Part shown: piece by piece, positions 38,710 through 48,552 of the stretch
How the letters are laid out: each line of letters starts with the position of its first letter
Numbering within the stretch: the first letter of the stretch is position 1
Assembly: GCA_031552535.1 (NCBI GenBank)
Contig: JAVBMJ010000041.1
Span: 1-64,000, forward strand
Length of the DNA stretch: 64,000 nucleotides
DNA from: Rikenellaceae bacterium
Lineage (GTDB): Bacteria; Bacteroidota; Bacteroidia; Bacteroidales; Rikenellaceae
Reading direction: 5' to 3'
Position numbers and translations under genes: made by a program
The notes under the pieces: generated by a model
The model's input: only the letters and a program-made list of their open reading frames with translations
What the model was told of the DNA's origin: nothing
Database searches by the model: none

Positions 38710-38930
38710 AACTATACCACTAGTGTCCACTAAAAATTTTGCGCCGTAAAATAGTTGGTTGAAAAATAAGTCAATATGGCCTACACGACCGTGTAGGGCA
38801 GGTTGCCTCTCTAAATAATCCAATTCGAATCATAAAAACAATTTCAAATCCGTTTACTCAAAAATGGCGTGCAATTCACTGTATATTAATATATTACCTG
38901 AGAATCCCCGAGTTTTTAGTGGACACTAAT
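38710..38930. repeat. ~220-bp element bounded by a 17-nt terminal inverted repeat (CTAGTGTCCACTAAAAA ... TTTTTAGTGGACACTAA); MITE-like. A second, truncated copy is at 1..138
   Basis: 38710..38726 is the reverse complement of 38913..38929 (16/17). The interior has a strong hairpin (CCTACACG/CGTGTAGG, 38790..38808) and a tRNA T-arm-like block TTCAAATCCGTTTACTCA. No ORF. Confidence 0.55.
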
Positions 38931-39067
38931 GTTTAGGCGTATAATATTAATAACGAAGGAGCGGTCCCGATAGCCCCCCGATCTACCGGTCAGGAAAGAA
39001 GCTTACATGATATGCGTAAAATTCTTCCTTGACGATCCAATGAATTACCAAATCCGGATTATAATAT

Positions 39068-40639
39068 ATGAAATATAGTTTAAAATATAATTCGTATGTT
39101 AAGCATATTACGATTATTGCAGTCGTTGTTGCTGCCGTTTTCGCCTATACGTTCAACCCGAAACTCGATCTGGGCGGGGATAACTGCAATTATTATATGT
39201 ATGCCACCTCGCTGGCCAGTGGTGAAGGCTACAGAGATCCTGGCACCCCCGGTCATCCCGCCGTCAACAGTTTCCCTCCGGGATACCCGTTACTGATGGC
39301 CCCTCTGAGGGCCGTCACGCCTGATATTATACCACAGAAAATACTTAACGGTGCGTTTTTGCTCGCCGCCACTATTGTATTGTATCTTTTTCTCAGGCGA
39401 ACGCTACCCAATCCCGCATTGGCGCTTACGGCGGCGCTGGCGGCAGCGTTGAATTACCGCGTGTTGCAATTCGCTTCGATTATGATGAGCGAGACCTCGT
39501 TCCTGTTGTTTTCGGCGCTTACGCTCTACATGCTGTACCTGTTCGACAAACGGGACGACCAAATTAAATGGTGGCGTAATCCCTGGTTCTACCTGATGAT
39601 CCTGTTTGCCGGTTACGCCTATATGATCCGCACCCAGGGCGTCACCCTCGCCGTGGCGGTCATCGTTTGGCTGCTCACCACGCGCAAATGGTGGCAATCG
39701 GCAGGATTCCTGTGCGGATTTTTGCTTACCACACTTCCCTGGGCGATCCGAAACCACATGGCCGGATTGGGCGGCAGCCGTTACCTCGGTCAGATATTAG
39801 CCGTAAACACATGGCGGCCGGAAGAGGGACTGATTTCATTCCCGGAACTGGTGGAGCGAGGATTTACGACACTCAAAATGCTGGTGACAAAAGCAATCCC
39901 GAATACGGCAATTCCATATTTCCGGGTTGATTACAATGCGCCGGCGACTTTCGGGGAGTGGGTATGCGCACTGGTCCTGCTGGGGTTGATCGCGGCGGGT
40001 TTCTGGTATATGAGGCGCTATTTCTGGTTTTTTATCGCCTATTTGATCGTTACGTTGGGTATAATCTGTTTGTGGAGCGCCCCGAGCGAGAACAGGTATA
40101 TCGTCACCCTCGTCCCGATGCTCGACATCGCGATTATAGTGAGTGTGTACTATTTGTTGCATACTTTCGCTTCGAGGATATTGAGTGTCAAAAATATTTT
40201 CCATCCATTATTATTTCTTATACCTGTGGTTTTAGCAGGGGGCGGTGAATTGAAGCGTTTGCATGCCGAGGCCCGGGAGAAGACGACTCCCAATTACGTT
40301 AATTTCTACGCTATCGCTTCTTATGCCCGCGAACACCTGCCAAAAGAGAGCGTTGTCTGTAGCCGCAAGCCCACACTGTTCTTCATGTATTCCCAGGGCT
40401 ATGTGTGTAATTATACCTACACGCTGGATGATGCGCAGCTGATCGGGGACCTGATAAAATCCAAGGTGGATTATGTAGTACTGGAGCAATTGGAATACTC
40501 CTCCACGGCGCGCTACCTCTACCCGGCAATAGCGAAAAACTTCGAATTGTTTCCTGTCGTATTCGCGTTAAAGAACCCGGACACCTACCTGTTGAAATTC
40601 GAACGTGACGCGGCTGTGGCGAAATTCGGCAAGCCATGA
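39068..40639 (+). CDS. GT-C fold glycosyltransferase, family 39 / ArnT-like (polyprenyl-phosphate-sugar dependent)
   Basis: 523 aa, ~11-13 TM with a C-terminal soluble domain. N-terminal loop with D-x-D-like GGDNCNYY, typical of PMT/ArnT-type GT-C enzymes. Confidence 0.65.
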   Translation: MKYSLKYNSYVKHITIIAVVVAAVFAYTFNPKLDLGGDNCNYYMYATSLASGEGYRDPGTPGHPAVNSFPPGYPLLMAPLRAVTPDIIPQKILNGAFLLAATIVLYLFLRRTLPNPALALTAALAAALNYRVLQFASIMMSETSFLLFSALTLYMLYLFDKRDDQIKWWRNPWFYLMILFAGYAYMIRTQGVTLAVAVIVWLLTTRKWWQSAGFLCGFLLTTLPWAIRNHMAGLGGSRYLGQILAVNTWRPEEGLISFPELVERGFTTLKMLVTKAIPNTAIPYFRVDYNAPATFGEWVCALVLLGLIAAGFWYMRRYFWFFIAYLIVTLGIICLWSAPSENRYIVTLVPMLDIAIIVSVYYLLHTFASRILSVKNIFHPLLFLIPVVLAGGGELKRLHAEAREKTTPNYVNFYAIASYAREHLPKESVVCSRKPTLFFMYSQGYVCNYTYTLDDAQLIGDLIKSKVDYVVLEQLEYSSTARYLYPAIAKNFELFPVVFALKNPDTYLLKFERDAAVAKFGKP

Positions 40640-41064
40640 CCGATAAGTGGCTTTACAGGCAGACCGACAACGGCTGGATTCAGCTATTCCGCTATTTTTT
40701 CGTCGGCGGGGTGGCGTTCGCCGTGGATTTCGGGCTGCTCTGGCTTTTGACGGAATGGTGCGGCCTGCATTATATGCTTTCGGCGACATTATCCTTCATC
40801 GCGGGCCTTGCGGTGAACTACACGATAAGCGTCCTGTGGATTTTCGGGAAGCACACGCTGCGCAACCGTATCGCGGAATTTATCATTTACGGGATCATCG
40901 GGGTGGTCGGATTGGGACTGAATGCAGCGATCATCTGGCTGTTGACCGAATCGTTGAACGTACATTACTTATTTTCAAAAATCTTTTCTGCGGCCATAGT
41001 ATTCGTATGGAATTTCACCGCACGCAGGTATTTACTTTTCAGAAATGGGAAAAACGACAGATAA
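40636..41064 (+). CDS. GtrA family membrane protein
   Basis: 142 aa, 4 TM. GtrA signature FxxVGxxxxxxxF in TM1 ([18 protein letters not shown]). ATGA overlap with the GT39 gene. Confidence 0.8.
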   Translation: MTDKWLYRQTDNGWIQLFRYFFVGGVAFAVDFGLLWLLTEWCGLHYMLSATLSFIAGLAVNYTISVLWIFGKHTLRNRIAEFIIYGIIGVVGLGLNAAIIWLLTESLNVHYLFSKIFSAAIVFVWNFTARRYLLFRNGKNDR

Positions 41065-42580
41065 AAAGACCGCGATTATCATCGGTGCGGGGCCGGCAGG
41101 CTTAACCGCCGCCTATGAGCTGCTCACGCGCAGCGATATCAAACCTATTGTGATCGAGCGGGAAGACCTCGTGGGCGGTATCGCGCGTACCGTCAATCAC
41201 AACGGCAACCGCATAGACCTGGGTGGCCACCGTTATTTTTCCAAGTCGGACCGGGTGATGGATTGGTGGCGCAAGATGATGCCTGTTGAGGGCGAAGGCG
41301 CGGATTCCGCCGGATGCGGGGACAACGTGCTGCTGACCCGCAACCGGATGTCGAGGATCTACTTCCTGCGCCGCTTCTTCGTGTACCCGATCAGCCTTTC
41401 CGTGCAGACGATCCGCAACCTCGGTTTTGCGCGGATGATCAGGATCGGGTTCAGCTATATGCGCGTGAAATTTTTCCCGATCCGCGAGGAGCGTTCGCTT
41501 GAGGATTTTTATATCAACCGGTTCGGAAGGGAGCTGTATAAGACTTTCTTCAAGGATTACACCCATAAACTATGGGGCGTGGAATGCTCTGCGATCAGTC
41601 CGGACTGGGGCAGTCAACGGGTTAAAGGAATATCCATCACCACGGCCCTCAAGCACATGATACGTCAGGCGATCGGCCGCAAACAGACGGATATCGGCCA
41701 GAAAGATACCGAAACTTCGCTGATCGACAGATTCCTTTATCCCAAATTGGGGGCCGGCCAGATGTGGGAATGTACGGCCGCCAGAATCGAGGCGATGGGC
41801 GGGGAAATCCGTCTTGGTAGCCGGGTCGTGGCCCTGCACGTCGAAGGATCGCGGATCACAGGAGTCACCGTAAGGGATGCCGGGGGACGCGAGTGCCTCG
41901 TGGAAGGGGATTATTGCATTTCGACGATGCCCGTCCGGGAACTGCTGGAGTCGATCCGCTGCGACGTTCCCGAAGAGGTTAAGCGCGTGGCGTCGGGGCT
42001 CGTATACCGCGATTTTATGACGGCGGCAATGCTTCTGCGGCGTATGAAAGTCACCTCCCCGGATGGCAGGTTGTTCCCCCCGGACACATGGATCTATATC
42101 CAGGAAGGCGATGTCAATGTCGGTCGCATCCAGATCTTCAACAACTGGAGTCCGTATATGGTGCATGAGCCGGGTACGGTCTGGATCGGGACGGAATATT
42201 TCGTCAATGAAGGCGACGAATTCTGGACGATGGATGACCAAGATTTCATTGCATTGGCGGTACGCGAGCTGGAACAGATAGGGTTGATCGACAAGGCCGA
42301 CCTGCTCGATGCCAAAGTGGTGAGGCTCGAAAAAGCATACCCGGCATATTTCGGCAGTTATCCCGGCTTCAGCCATATACGCGATTGGACGGACAATTTC
42401 GAGAATCTTTTCCTCGCCGGCCGCAACGGTATGCACCGCTACAATAATCTCGACCACTCCATGCTTACAGGGATGGCCGCCGTGGAAAATATACTCTCCG
42501 GTGTAACAGATAAAAACAATATCTGGGAAATCAATTCGGAACAGGAGTATCTCGAAAGCAAATATGTCGAGGGCAGTTAA
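41045..42580 (+). CDS. NAD(P)/FAD-dependent oxidoreductase (UDP-galactopyranose-mutase / amine-oxidase-like fold)
   Basis: 511 aa. N-terminal dinucleotide-binding motif [15 protein letters not shown]. Overlaps the gtrA-like gene by 20 nt. Confidence 0.7.
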   Translation: MGKTTDKKTAIIIGAGPAGLTAAYELLTRSDIKPIVIEREDLVGGIARTVNHNGNRIDLGGHRYFSKSDRVMDWWRKMMPVEGEGADSAGCGDNVLLTRNRMSRIYFLRRFFVYPISLSVQTIRNLGFARMIRIGFSYMRVKFFPIREERSLEDFYINRFGRELYKTFFKDYTHKLWGVECSAISPDWGSQRVKGISITTALKHMIRQAIGRKQTDIGQKDTETSLIDRFLYPKLGAGQMWECTAARIEAMGGEIRLGSRVVALHVEGSRITGVTVRDAGGRECLVEGDYCISTMPVRELLESIRCDVPEEVKRVASGLVYRDFMTAAMLLRRMKVTSPDGRLFPPDTWIYIQEGDVNVGRIQIFNNWSPYMVHEPGTVWIGTEYFVNEGDEFWTMDDQDFIALAVRELEQIGLIDKADLLDAKVVRLEKAYPAYFGSYPGFSHIRDWTDNFENLFLAGRNGMHRYNNLDHSMLTGMAAVENILSGVTDKNNIWEINSEQEYLESKYVEGS

Positions 42581-42844
42581 GACGTTGTTTCTAAGAGTCT
42601 GCCTAAAAATATGGTGAAAGCCGTTAGGCAAGACGAAAACTTGTTTTCAGGCTTGCCCGAGGCGCATCCCATTATTATGCAAACTATTTGTCGTTTCTTT
42701 TTGGTCTTTTTTCGACGAAAATTACGTTACATAGTAACCTATACTACTCTATTTTCACCTAAAATAGCCCTGAAAATAATTCGCTATTTCTGAACCTAAT
42801 ATAATAAGAATTAAAAAAACCGCTGATTATCAGCGGCTAATCTG

Positions 42845-42915
42845 TTGACCCACAAGGATTCGAACCTTGAACGACAGAACCAAAATCTGCTGTGTTACCA
42901 TTACACCATGGGTCA
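42845..42915 (-). tRNA. tRNA-Gln (anticodon TTG)
   Basis: Manual folding of the reverse complement gives acceptor TGACCCA/TGGGTCA, D-arm GTGT-AATGGTA-ACAC, anticodon stem GCAGA/TCTGT with loop TTTTGGT (UUG), T-arm CAAGG-TTCGAAT-CCTTG and discriminator A. No encoded CCA. Confidence 0.85.
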
Positions 42916-43260
42916 ATCCGGAATATTAAAGCGGTGCAAAGATAAAGTTTTTTTCTCTGATTCAAAAAGAGAGAACAAAATAATCGGGTAGGGTTGTTGC
43001 ATATTTTGCCTGGAGCGAACAGTTTCTAAATAAAACGATAGTATCCGAAACCTGGTTCAACGAATACCGGTGTTTGCATTTGTCTTTGATTATTCATAAA
43101 ATTGTGCAACACTGGTTCTCGGTCGGATTATTCGGATAATTCTTTTGCGGGTCCCGGAGATAGCTATGAAGAAACGTTGGTAGTTAATTAAAGGGGTCTA
43201 ATGTTATAGCATAACAATGCCCTGCTTATCGGCCGGTCAACAGGATATTATTTGTGGCAT

Positions 43261-43307
43261 TCTCTAAGAAACTGTTTAAATTTCCCATAGGAAATCAGAC
43301 AGACCCT
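43261..43307. repeat. Short intergenic repeat family member (M2 TCTCTAAGAAACTGTTTAAA - hairpin AAATTTCC/GGAAAT - reverse complement of M1 TCAGACAGAC)
   Basis: Shares M2 and M1 with the copies at 37954, 38638, 42589, 43878, 51811, 31691 and 34991. Confidence 0.5.
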
Positions 43308-43324
43308 CAAACCCGAAGTTTGGC

Positions 43325-43879
43325 GTGAAAAATATTACCATCTATTCTACACCACCGTTAGCGGACAGGGAAGATATAAGCCATGAGCATATAAAACACT
43401 CTTTTCCGCCTGTGTCGGACGTGAATATACGCCTGCTGATCCTCGGTTCGTTGCCTGGTGACGAATCGCTGAGGATGGGGCGTTATTACGCCCATCCGCG
43501 GAATCGTTTCTGGAGAGTAATGGCTGCCGCAACTGACCGGCCTCTGCCTGCGGATTATGAGGGGTGCAAAGCTATTTTGTCCGGGGCCGGACTTGGCCTG
43601 TGGGATGTGGCTCACACGGCTTCGCGTCGCGGAAGTCTCGACAGCGCTATCGGCAATGTCACTCCCAACGACATCGAGGGATTCATTTCATCTAATCCGG
43701 AACTTAGGGTTATCTGCTTCAATGGCCGCAAGGCCGAGGCCCTGTATGACAGATTTTTCACCAGGCGCGAAGGTATCACATACATATCGCTGCCGAGCAC
43801 AAGTCCGGCTAACGCCGGGATCAGTTTCGAAGTCCTTTGCGACAGGTGGAAGCAAGCTCTCCGGGCGGATTCACGCTAA
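43325..43879 (+). CDS. Uracil-DNA glycosylase superfamily protein, family-6-like (hypoxanthine/deoxyinosine DNA glycosylase type)
   Basis: 184 aa. UDG-superfamily motif 1 variant LILGSLPG, a PRNRFW block, and a C-terminal motif-2-like LPSTSPANA. Confidence 0.55.
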   Translation: MKNITIYSTPPLADREDISHEHIKHSFPPVSDVNIRLLILGSLPGDESLRMGRYYAHPRNRFWRVMAAATDRPLPADYEGCKAILSGAGLGLWDVAHTASRRGSLDSAIGNVTPNDIEGFISSNPELRVICFNGRKAEALYDRFFTRREGITYISLPSTSPANAGISFEVLCDRWKQALRADSR

Positions 43880-43902
43880 AAGTCTGTCTGAATTTTCTAA
43901 GG
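43878..43902. repeat. Short intergenic repeat family member (AAAAGTCTGTCTGAATTTTCTAAGG) overlapping the stop codon of the DNA glycosylase gene
   Basis: Contains the M1 variant GTCTGTCTGA, the exact reverse complement of TCAGACAGAC at 43296..43305 on the other side of the gene. Confidence 0.5.
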
Positions 43903-44088
43903 AGTATTAGGGCGTGTTAGCATAAACCCGCACGTTCGTTTTCCTGTCGGTTTTGGGTTCTACCGCATTAAATTTTATCCCTAATGGAACCCTATTGCCT
44001 CAAGAATTTTACTTGTATAACACAAAACCGCCTTACAGAACCCAAACATACGGCTTTATGTTGACACGCCCTATACAGATTCTAACCC

Positions 44089-46842
44089 TCAAACCTGCTT
44101 GTTTGTGGCTGTCACAGTCCTGCACACTTCGGAGATCGCTTCGCCGAGGCCTATGCGATAGCCGGACGAGATAAAGAACACACGGCCAAACGAATCGGCT
44201 ACCATAACCAATGGAAGGTCGGACTCGAAATCGGGGCGTTCGTTCAACACCGAAAGTTCACGTAAAACAGCCCCGTCGCGGTCATAGCCATAATTCATAT
44301 TCGCCGGCAGTCCTTTAAATCCCGAGCGGATAAACGCCTGCAATGAAGCCTCATCCCGCAGCAAACATACTATGGGCAACCGGCTATGGTCTATCGCAGA
44401 CGAGTTCGCCGTAAGTTCCTCTATCAGGTGGCGACTGGGTTCTTTCGCCGCATCGATAACAAGCAATACGAAAAATCCGCGGCCTGTAGTTTGCAGCACC
44501 GACACCGGGCCCTTTCCGTTATGCGGCATGTATTGCGCTTCGGGATTCATGCTCCCTATCATGGCCAATTCATGTGATGCGTCGTCGAAATGAAGTTCCG
44601 CACCGGTTGTTTTGCCACCGGCCACACTATAATGCGCCACACGGGCCAATACCGAACCGTCCCATAAACGGCGGCCGCTTATAATCCGGTAATCCCCCGG
44701 CGGTACTTCGAACACTTTTTCGCGCGAGGTCGCAGTTCCCGCGAGGTCTCCCCGCCCATTGTCGAGACCGAGAGTGTGATACGCACCGTCCCGCCAGCGT
44801 CCTATCGTGTAATTGTACTCATATTTAGGCGTGACAACTCCTTCGCCGCCGGAGTACCTGACCGCCAACCTGCCGGCGGCAGGTGCGGCAGACTCATTGC
44901 CGTCTGCATATACCGGTTGCCACCGGCCGGATACAAAAGCCTCGAAACATCCCGTCACAGGGTCGATCCGGGCCGGCACACCCACCGAACGCAACATAGC
45001 CACCCCGAATATGGCTCTCGAATGGGGATCGGCATACTGGCATGCGATGGTGGCTACCGGACTCTGGGCAAATCCGCGGGGGTTGTATCCACCCACCTCT
45101 TTTATTGTCGCCAGATGCGACCTCACTTTAGCTAATATGTCAGCCTCGCCGGTGCCGGCAGTCAGCATTGCACGCCGCATTACAACACGCCAGGGGGTTA
45201 TCAGCTCATTGGCCACTCGCGGCTGCAACACGTAGTCCCTGTGCAAAGGAGTGTCCTTATAGCGTCCCTCAAGCCGCACCACTCCGCCCAGATGGTCATA
45301 CAGCGACTCCAGTGATATCTCCTGCAAATCCTTTGGCGACAGTGTTTCCAAAAGATCAAATGCCAGTTTGCGATGCTCCACGGGGGTGGTACGCAGAAAT
45401 TTTTCAATTACCGGTCCATTCGACAGCGATTCCATCAACAACGGCACCGTGCGTGCCGTGTCGAGTCCGAGTCCGGCGGCAAGTTCCACGGCACGGCCCC
45501 TGTCAGCGAACCGGAACGATGCTATACGGGATGTGCGGATCGAATCCTCACAGCGCAACCGCGATAAATGCTCTTCCGGGTCGGGCGCTCTGAGTGCCGC
45601 CCGGCTTTCCGGCGGCGGGACCAGCCGATAAGATATGGTAGCAGTGTCGCGCCCGGCGGCAAGAGTAAGCCTGAGGGTGTCGGATCGGGCTACATTAAAA
45701 GACGCTATGGCAGTAGAGTCTCCTCTGGAGGCGGCAACTACCAGTGTTCCATAACCGGTGGTAAGCGATGCCCGTCCCCGGACATCGGTAGTTTTTACGG
45801 CAATGGGATAAAATTCGGCATAATTATAGAGCCCGAACTCTACCGGAACTCCCTCCACAACATTCCCGGCTTCGTCCGAGACTACCACCACCGCCTGCTT
45901 CGCCTGGGCGTAAGCCGGCAGGACATTGATCAGGGTATAACATTCGTTGCGGTCCAATATCTCTTCCGGTCCGTCGTAACGGCCGAATACCCAGGTGTTG
46001 GCAGCCATGGCCCTGCGGACAGAAGAACTGAACCAAGCCATATCGAGTTGCGGCTCCGGTTCACAAGCGCCCATATAGTGCCACCGGCCGTCGATCCACA
46101 CCTCCACCCAGGCGTGGTTATCGTCGGTATGGGCCCAGCGAGGGGTGTATACCTGCCGGGCCGGAATCCCTACCGCCCTCAATGCCGCCACGGTAAACAC
46201 CGACTCCTCGCCGCAACGGCCATAGGCCCTTGCAACGACAGCCAAAGGTCCCGAAGTACGCTGATCGGTGGGAGCGTAAACGACCTGCTCATGACACCAG
46301 TGGTTGACTTCCAGGGCCGCATCGCCCATCGACAATCCTTTCAGTCTCGGCATTAATTCCCGCATGAACACCCTGCGGCACGTATCCATATCTTCGTTGT
46401 TGACCCTCGAAGGAAGCACGAAATGGCGGAACAACCCGTCGGGGACCTTCCTTCCCCATGGGAAAGAGCGCCGGGCTTCGAATGCAGCCCGTATCTGGTC
46501 GAGGAAAAATTCGGGCATGTACGTCGCCATGTCGCTCGAAGGCATGTAGGCGTAGAGAAATGTCAATGCCTCTATTTCCAACTGCGTCGGGGGCTGTTGT
46601 CCGATCAGACCGGCAAATACCGGTTCAAACAACTCGCCGGCACTCCGGACCGTGTCGCCAAGAAACAACTGCGTGTCTGCAAAAAATGCACGTTTCGCAG
46701 CAAAATCACGTCCGGTCTGCTCACGTAGCGTCTCGTCGGCGATAAAATGGGGATTATCCCGCCTGCCGCACGATGACAAAACGGCGAGCAGGAATATCCA
46801 TAGGCATATAGTTTCTTTTCTGGTCATTGTCATTTCTCTCAT
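44089..46842 (-). CDS. Transglutaminase-like domain lipoprotein (large, multi-domain)
   Basis: 917 aa. Lipoprotein signal ...LSSCG. Transglutaminase core Cys-His-Asp (GRCGEES ... HAWVEVW ... D). Confidence 0.75.
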   Translation of the reverse strand: MREMTMTRKETICLWIFLLAVLSSCGRRDNPHFIADETLREQTGRDFAAKRAFFADTQLFLGDTVRSAGELFEPVFAGLIGQQPPTQLEIEALTFLYAYMPSSDMATYMPEFFLDQIRAAFEARRSFPWGRKVPDGLFRHFVLPSRVNNEDMDTCRRVFMRELMPRLKGLSMGDAALEVNHWCHEQVVYAPTDQRTSGPLAVVARAYGRCGEESVFTVAALRAVGIPARQVYTPRWAHTDDNHAWVEVWIDGRWHYMGACEPEPQLDMAWFSSSVRRAMAANTWVFGRYDGPEEILDRNECYTLINVLPAYAQAKQAVVVVSDEAGNVVEGVPVEFGLYNYAEFYPIAVKTTDVRGRASLTTGYGTLVVAASRGDSTAIASFNVARSDTLRLTLAAGRDTATISYRLVPPPESRAALRAPDPEEHLSRLRCEDSIRTSRIASFRFADRGRAVELAAGLGLDTARTVPLLMESLSNGPVIEKFLRTTPVEHRKLAFDLLETLSPKDLQEISLESLYDHLGGVVRLEGRYKDTPLHRDYVLQPRVANELITPWRVVMRRAMLTAGTGEADILAKVRSHLATIKEVGGYNPRGFAQSPVATIACQYADPHSRAIFGVAMLRSVGVPARIDPVTGCFEAFVSGRWQPVYADGNESAAPAAGRLAVRYSGGEGVVTPKYEYNYTIGRWRDGAYHTLGLDNGRGDLAGTATSREKVFEVPPGDYRIISGRRLWDGSVLARVAHYSVAGGKTTGAELHFDDASHELAMIGSMNPEAQYMPHNGKGPVSVLQTTGRGFFVLLVIDAAKEPSRHLIEELTANSSAIDHSRLPIVCLLRDEASLQAFIRSGFKGLPANMNYGYDRDGAVLRELSVLNERPDFESDLPLVMVADSFGRVFFISSGYRIGLGEAISEVCRTVTATNKQV

Positions 46843-46845
46843 GTT

Positions 46846-46869
46846 TTAAGGCGTGTCGACACGCCTTAA
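46846..46869. promoter_or_regulatory. Perfect 24-nt palindrome TTAAGGCGTGTCGACACGCCTTAA, 4 nt upstream of the transglutaminase-like gene start codon
   Basis: The two 12-nt halves are exact reverse complements. Half-site-like copies TTAAGGCGTGT occur at 16399..16409 (11 nt upstream of the WcaI-like GT4 start) and 11020..11030. Confidence 0.4.
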
Positions 46870-47002
46870 GAATCCATCTAATTCCTTATGCAAATACCCC
46901 GGCATAGCTTTCATGGATTCGAAAGCTATGCCGAGGCGTAACTGTCCTCTTCCCAGGAGAATCAGGCAGTCTTCAAGGCGTTAGCGTTTATGCCAGCACA
47001 CC

Positions 47003-48295
47003 CTAAAACTCCAGTTCGACAACGTAGTCTATGTCGGTGGGTGCGGCGGGGAATTTCAACAGAACACCATCTTTATCCTGTGTGAACTTCACCTGGGACT
47101 TATCCTTGAAGAGAGTGGCTTTCTTCACTTTTTTATCTGCGATTGGCAAATAGAGTGCCGCGTCGTCGAGTTTGAGGATGTGCACATAAAGCTTGTTGCC
47201 TTTCGATGTGGTGACGCCCCACTCGTGGGGTTTTACAATCCCTGACCTGGTACCGTAAATCGTTTCGCCGTATTGGCGCATCCACACCCCCACATCTTTC
47301 ATCCTCTGCAAAGATGTCGCCGGAATCTCTCCATTAGGCTGCGGCCCCACATTCAGCAACAGGTTGGCGTTATTGCCAGCCGCTTTTACCAGATAATGTA
47401 TGATATCCTTGTGGCTCCTGTAATTATTGTCAAGTAACCGATAGCCCCACGAGCCATTCATTGTTTCGCATGTCTCCAGGGGCAGCGAACTTATCTCCGA
47501 ATCGGCCGAGTGACCGGCGGTGTTCTGTCCCGGAAGGTCGCGTTCGAACATCTGGAAATCTTCACCCCCGAATGGTTTTATATGATGGTTGTTGCCGACA
47601 AGACATCCCGGCTGCAGGCGGTGTATGAGTGCATACTGGGACTCCAGTTGCCATACTTCCGGGATGGGTTTATCCCAATACCCGTCGAACCAGATGACGT
47701 TCAACGGTCCGTAACCGGTCAATAATTCCGTGAGTTGGGCGTCCATGAATTTACGGTAATCGCTCCACTCGCCACCTCCCTTACGGCCGGTTTCGTGCCC
47801 CGTGCGGCCCAGCGGCCAGTAATCATCGCGCGACCAGTCGAGGTGCGAGTAATAGAACCCCAATTTTATACCCTGCTTATGGCATTCGTCGGCCAGTTCC
47901 TTGAGTATGTCTCGTTTGAATGGTGTCGCCTTTACTATATTGTAATCCGACTGCCGGGTATCCCACATCGAGAAGCCGTCGTGGTGGCGCGAAGTGATCG
48001 TGATATACTTCATTCCGCAATCTTTTACCGCGGCAACCCACGCCGCCGCGTCGAACTTCGACGGATAGAAACCCGAGGCCAATTTGGAATACTCCTCATT
48101 GCTCATCTTTCTGGAGTGCAATATCCACTCCCCGTCGGCGAGCATGCTGTAGATACCCCAATGGATAAATAATCCGAACTTGTCGTCCTGGAACGCTTCG
48201 CGGTTTTTAAGATTTTCTTCCGTAGGCACATACGGGCTTTGAGCGATAGCACTTAAGGTGAACGTTGCTGCAGCTATCAATACCAGCAGTTGTTT
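47003..48295 (-). CDS. Alpha-L-fucosidase (GH29), secreted
   Basis: GH29 blocks FGLFIHWGIYS and the catalytic region. Signal peptide from MKQLLVLIAAATF; the ORF is open to 48376. Confidence 0.85.
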   Translation of the reverse strand, partial: KQLLVLIAAATFTLSAIAQSPYVPTEENLKNREAFQDDKFGLFIHWGIYSMLADGEWILHSRKMSNEEYSKLASGFYPSKFDAAAWVAAVKDCGMKYITITSRHHDGFSMWDTRQSDYNIVKATPFKRDILKELADECHKQGIKLGFYYSHLDWSRDDYWPLGRTGHETGRKGGGEWSDYRKFMDAQLTELLTGYGPLNVIWFDGYWDKPIPEVWQLESQYALIHRLQPGCLVGNNHHIKPFGGEDFQMFERDLPGQNTAGHSADSEISSLPLETCETMNGSWGYRLLDNNYRSHKDIIHYLVKAAGNNANLLLNVGPQPNGEIPATSLQRMKDVGVWMRQYGETIYGTRSGIVKPHEWGVTTSKGNKLYVHILKLDDAALYLPIADKKVKKATLFKDKSQVKFTQDKDGVLLKFPAAPTDIDYVVELEF

Positions 48296-48552
48296 CATGA
48301 TCTGAAGCATTTTTAAAATCAGGTTAAAGTGATAAATTCCATCCCGGCCGCATGGCAAGGAGTACATCAATGACAAATTTAATCAAATTTATCCAGAATA
48401 TGTATAAATTTCCTATTGAAAGCATATTATTATATGAAGTCCAAATAAGAAAATCAGGCAGACTATTATACTTTTTACCTTATCGGAGCATTTTTTGTTT
48501 TTTTTGCTTACATTTGTCTTTATTGCTCAGTATTCGATTAAAACACTGTAGT

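Noticed and set aside
38840-38935. tRNA-derived att site / integrative-element boundary (T-arm-like TTCAAATCCGTTTACTCA in both copies of the ~220-bp repeat)
   Set aside because: The block does not match the 3' end of the tRNA-Gln in the window (GGTTCGAATCCTTGTGGGTCAA). No integrase or recombinase gene is present. It is kept only as a speculative note within the MITE-like finding.
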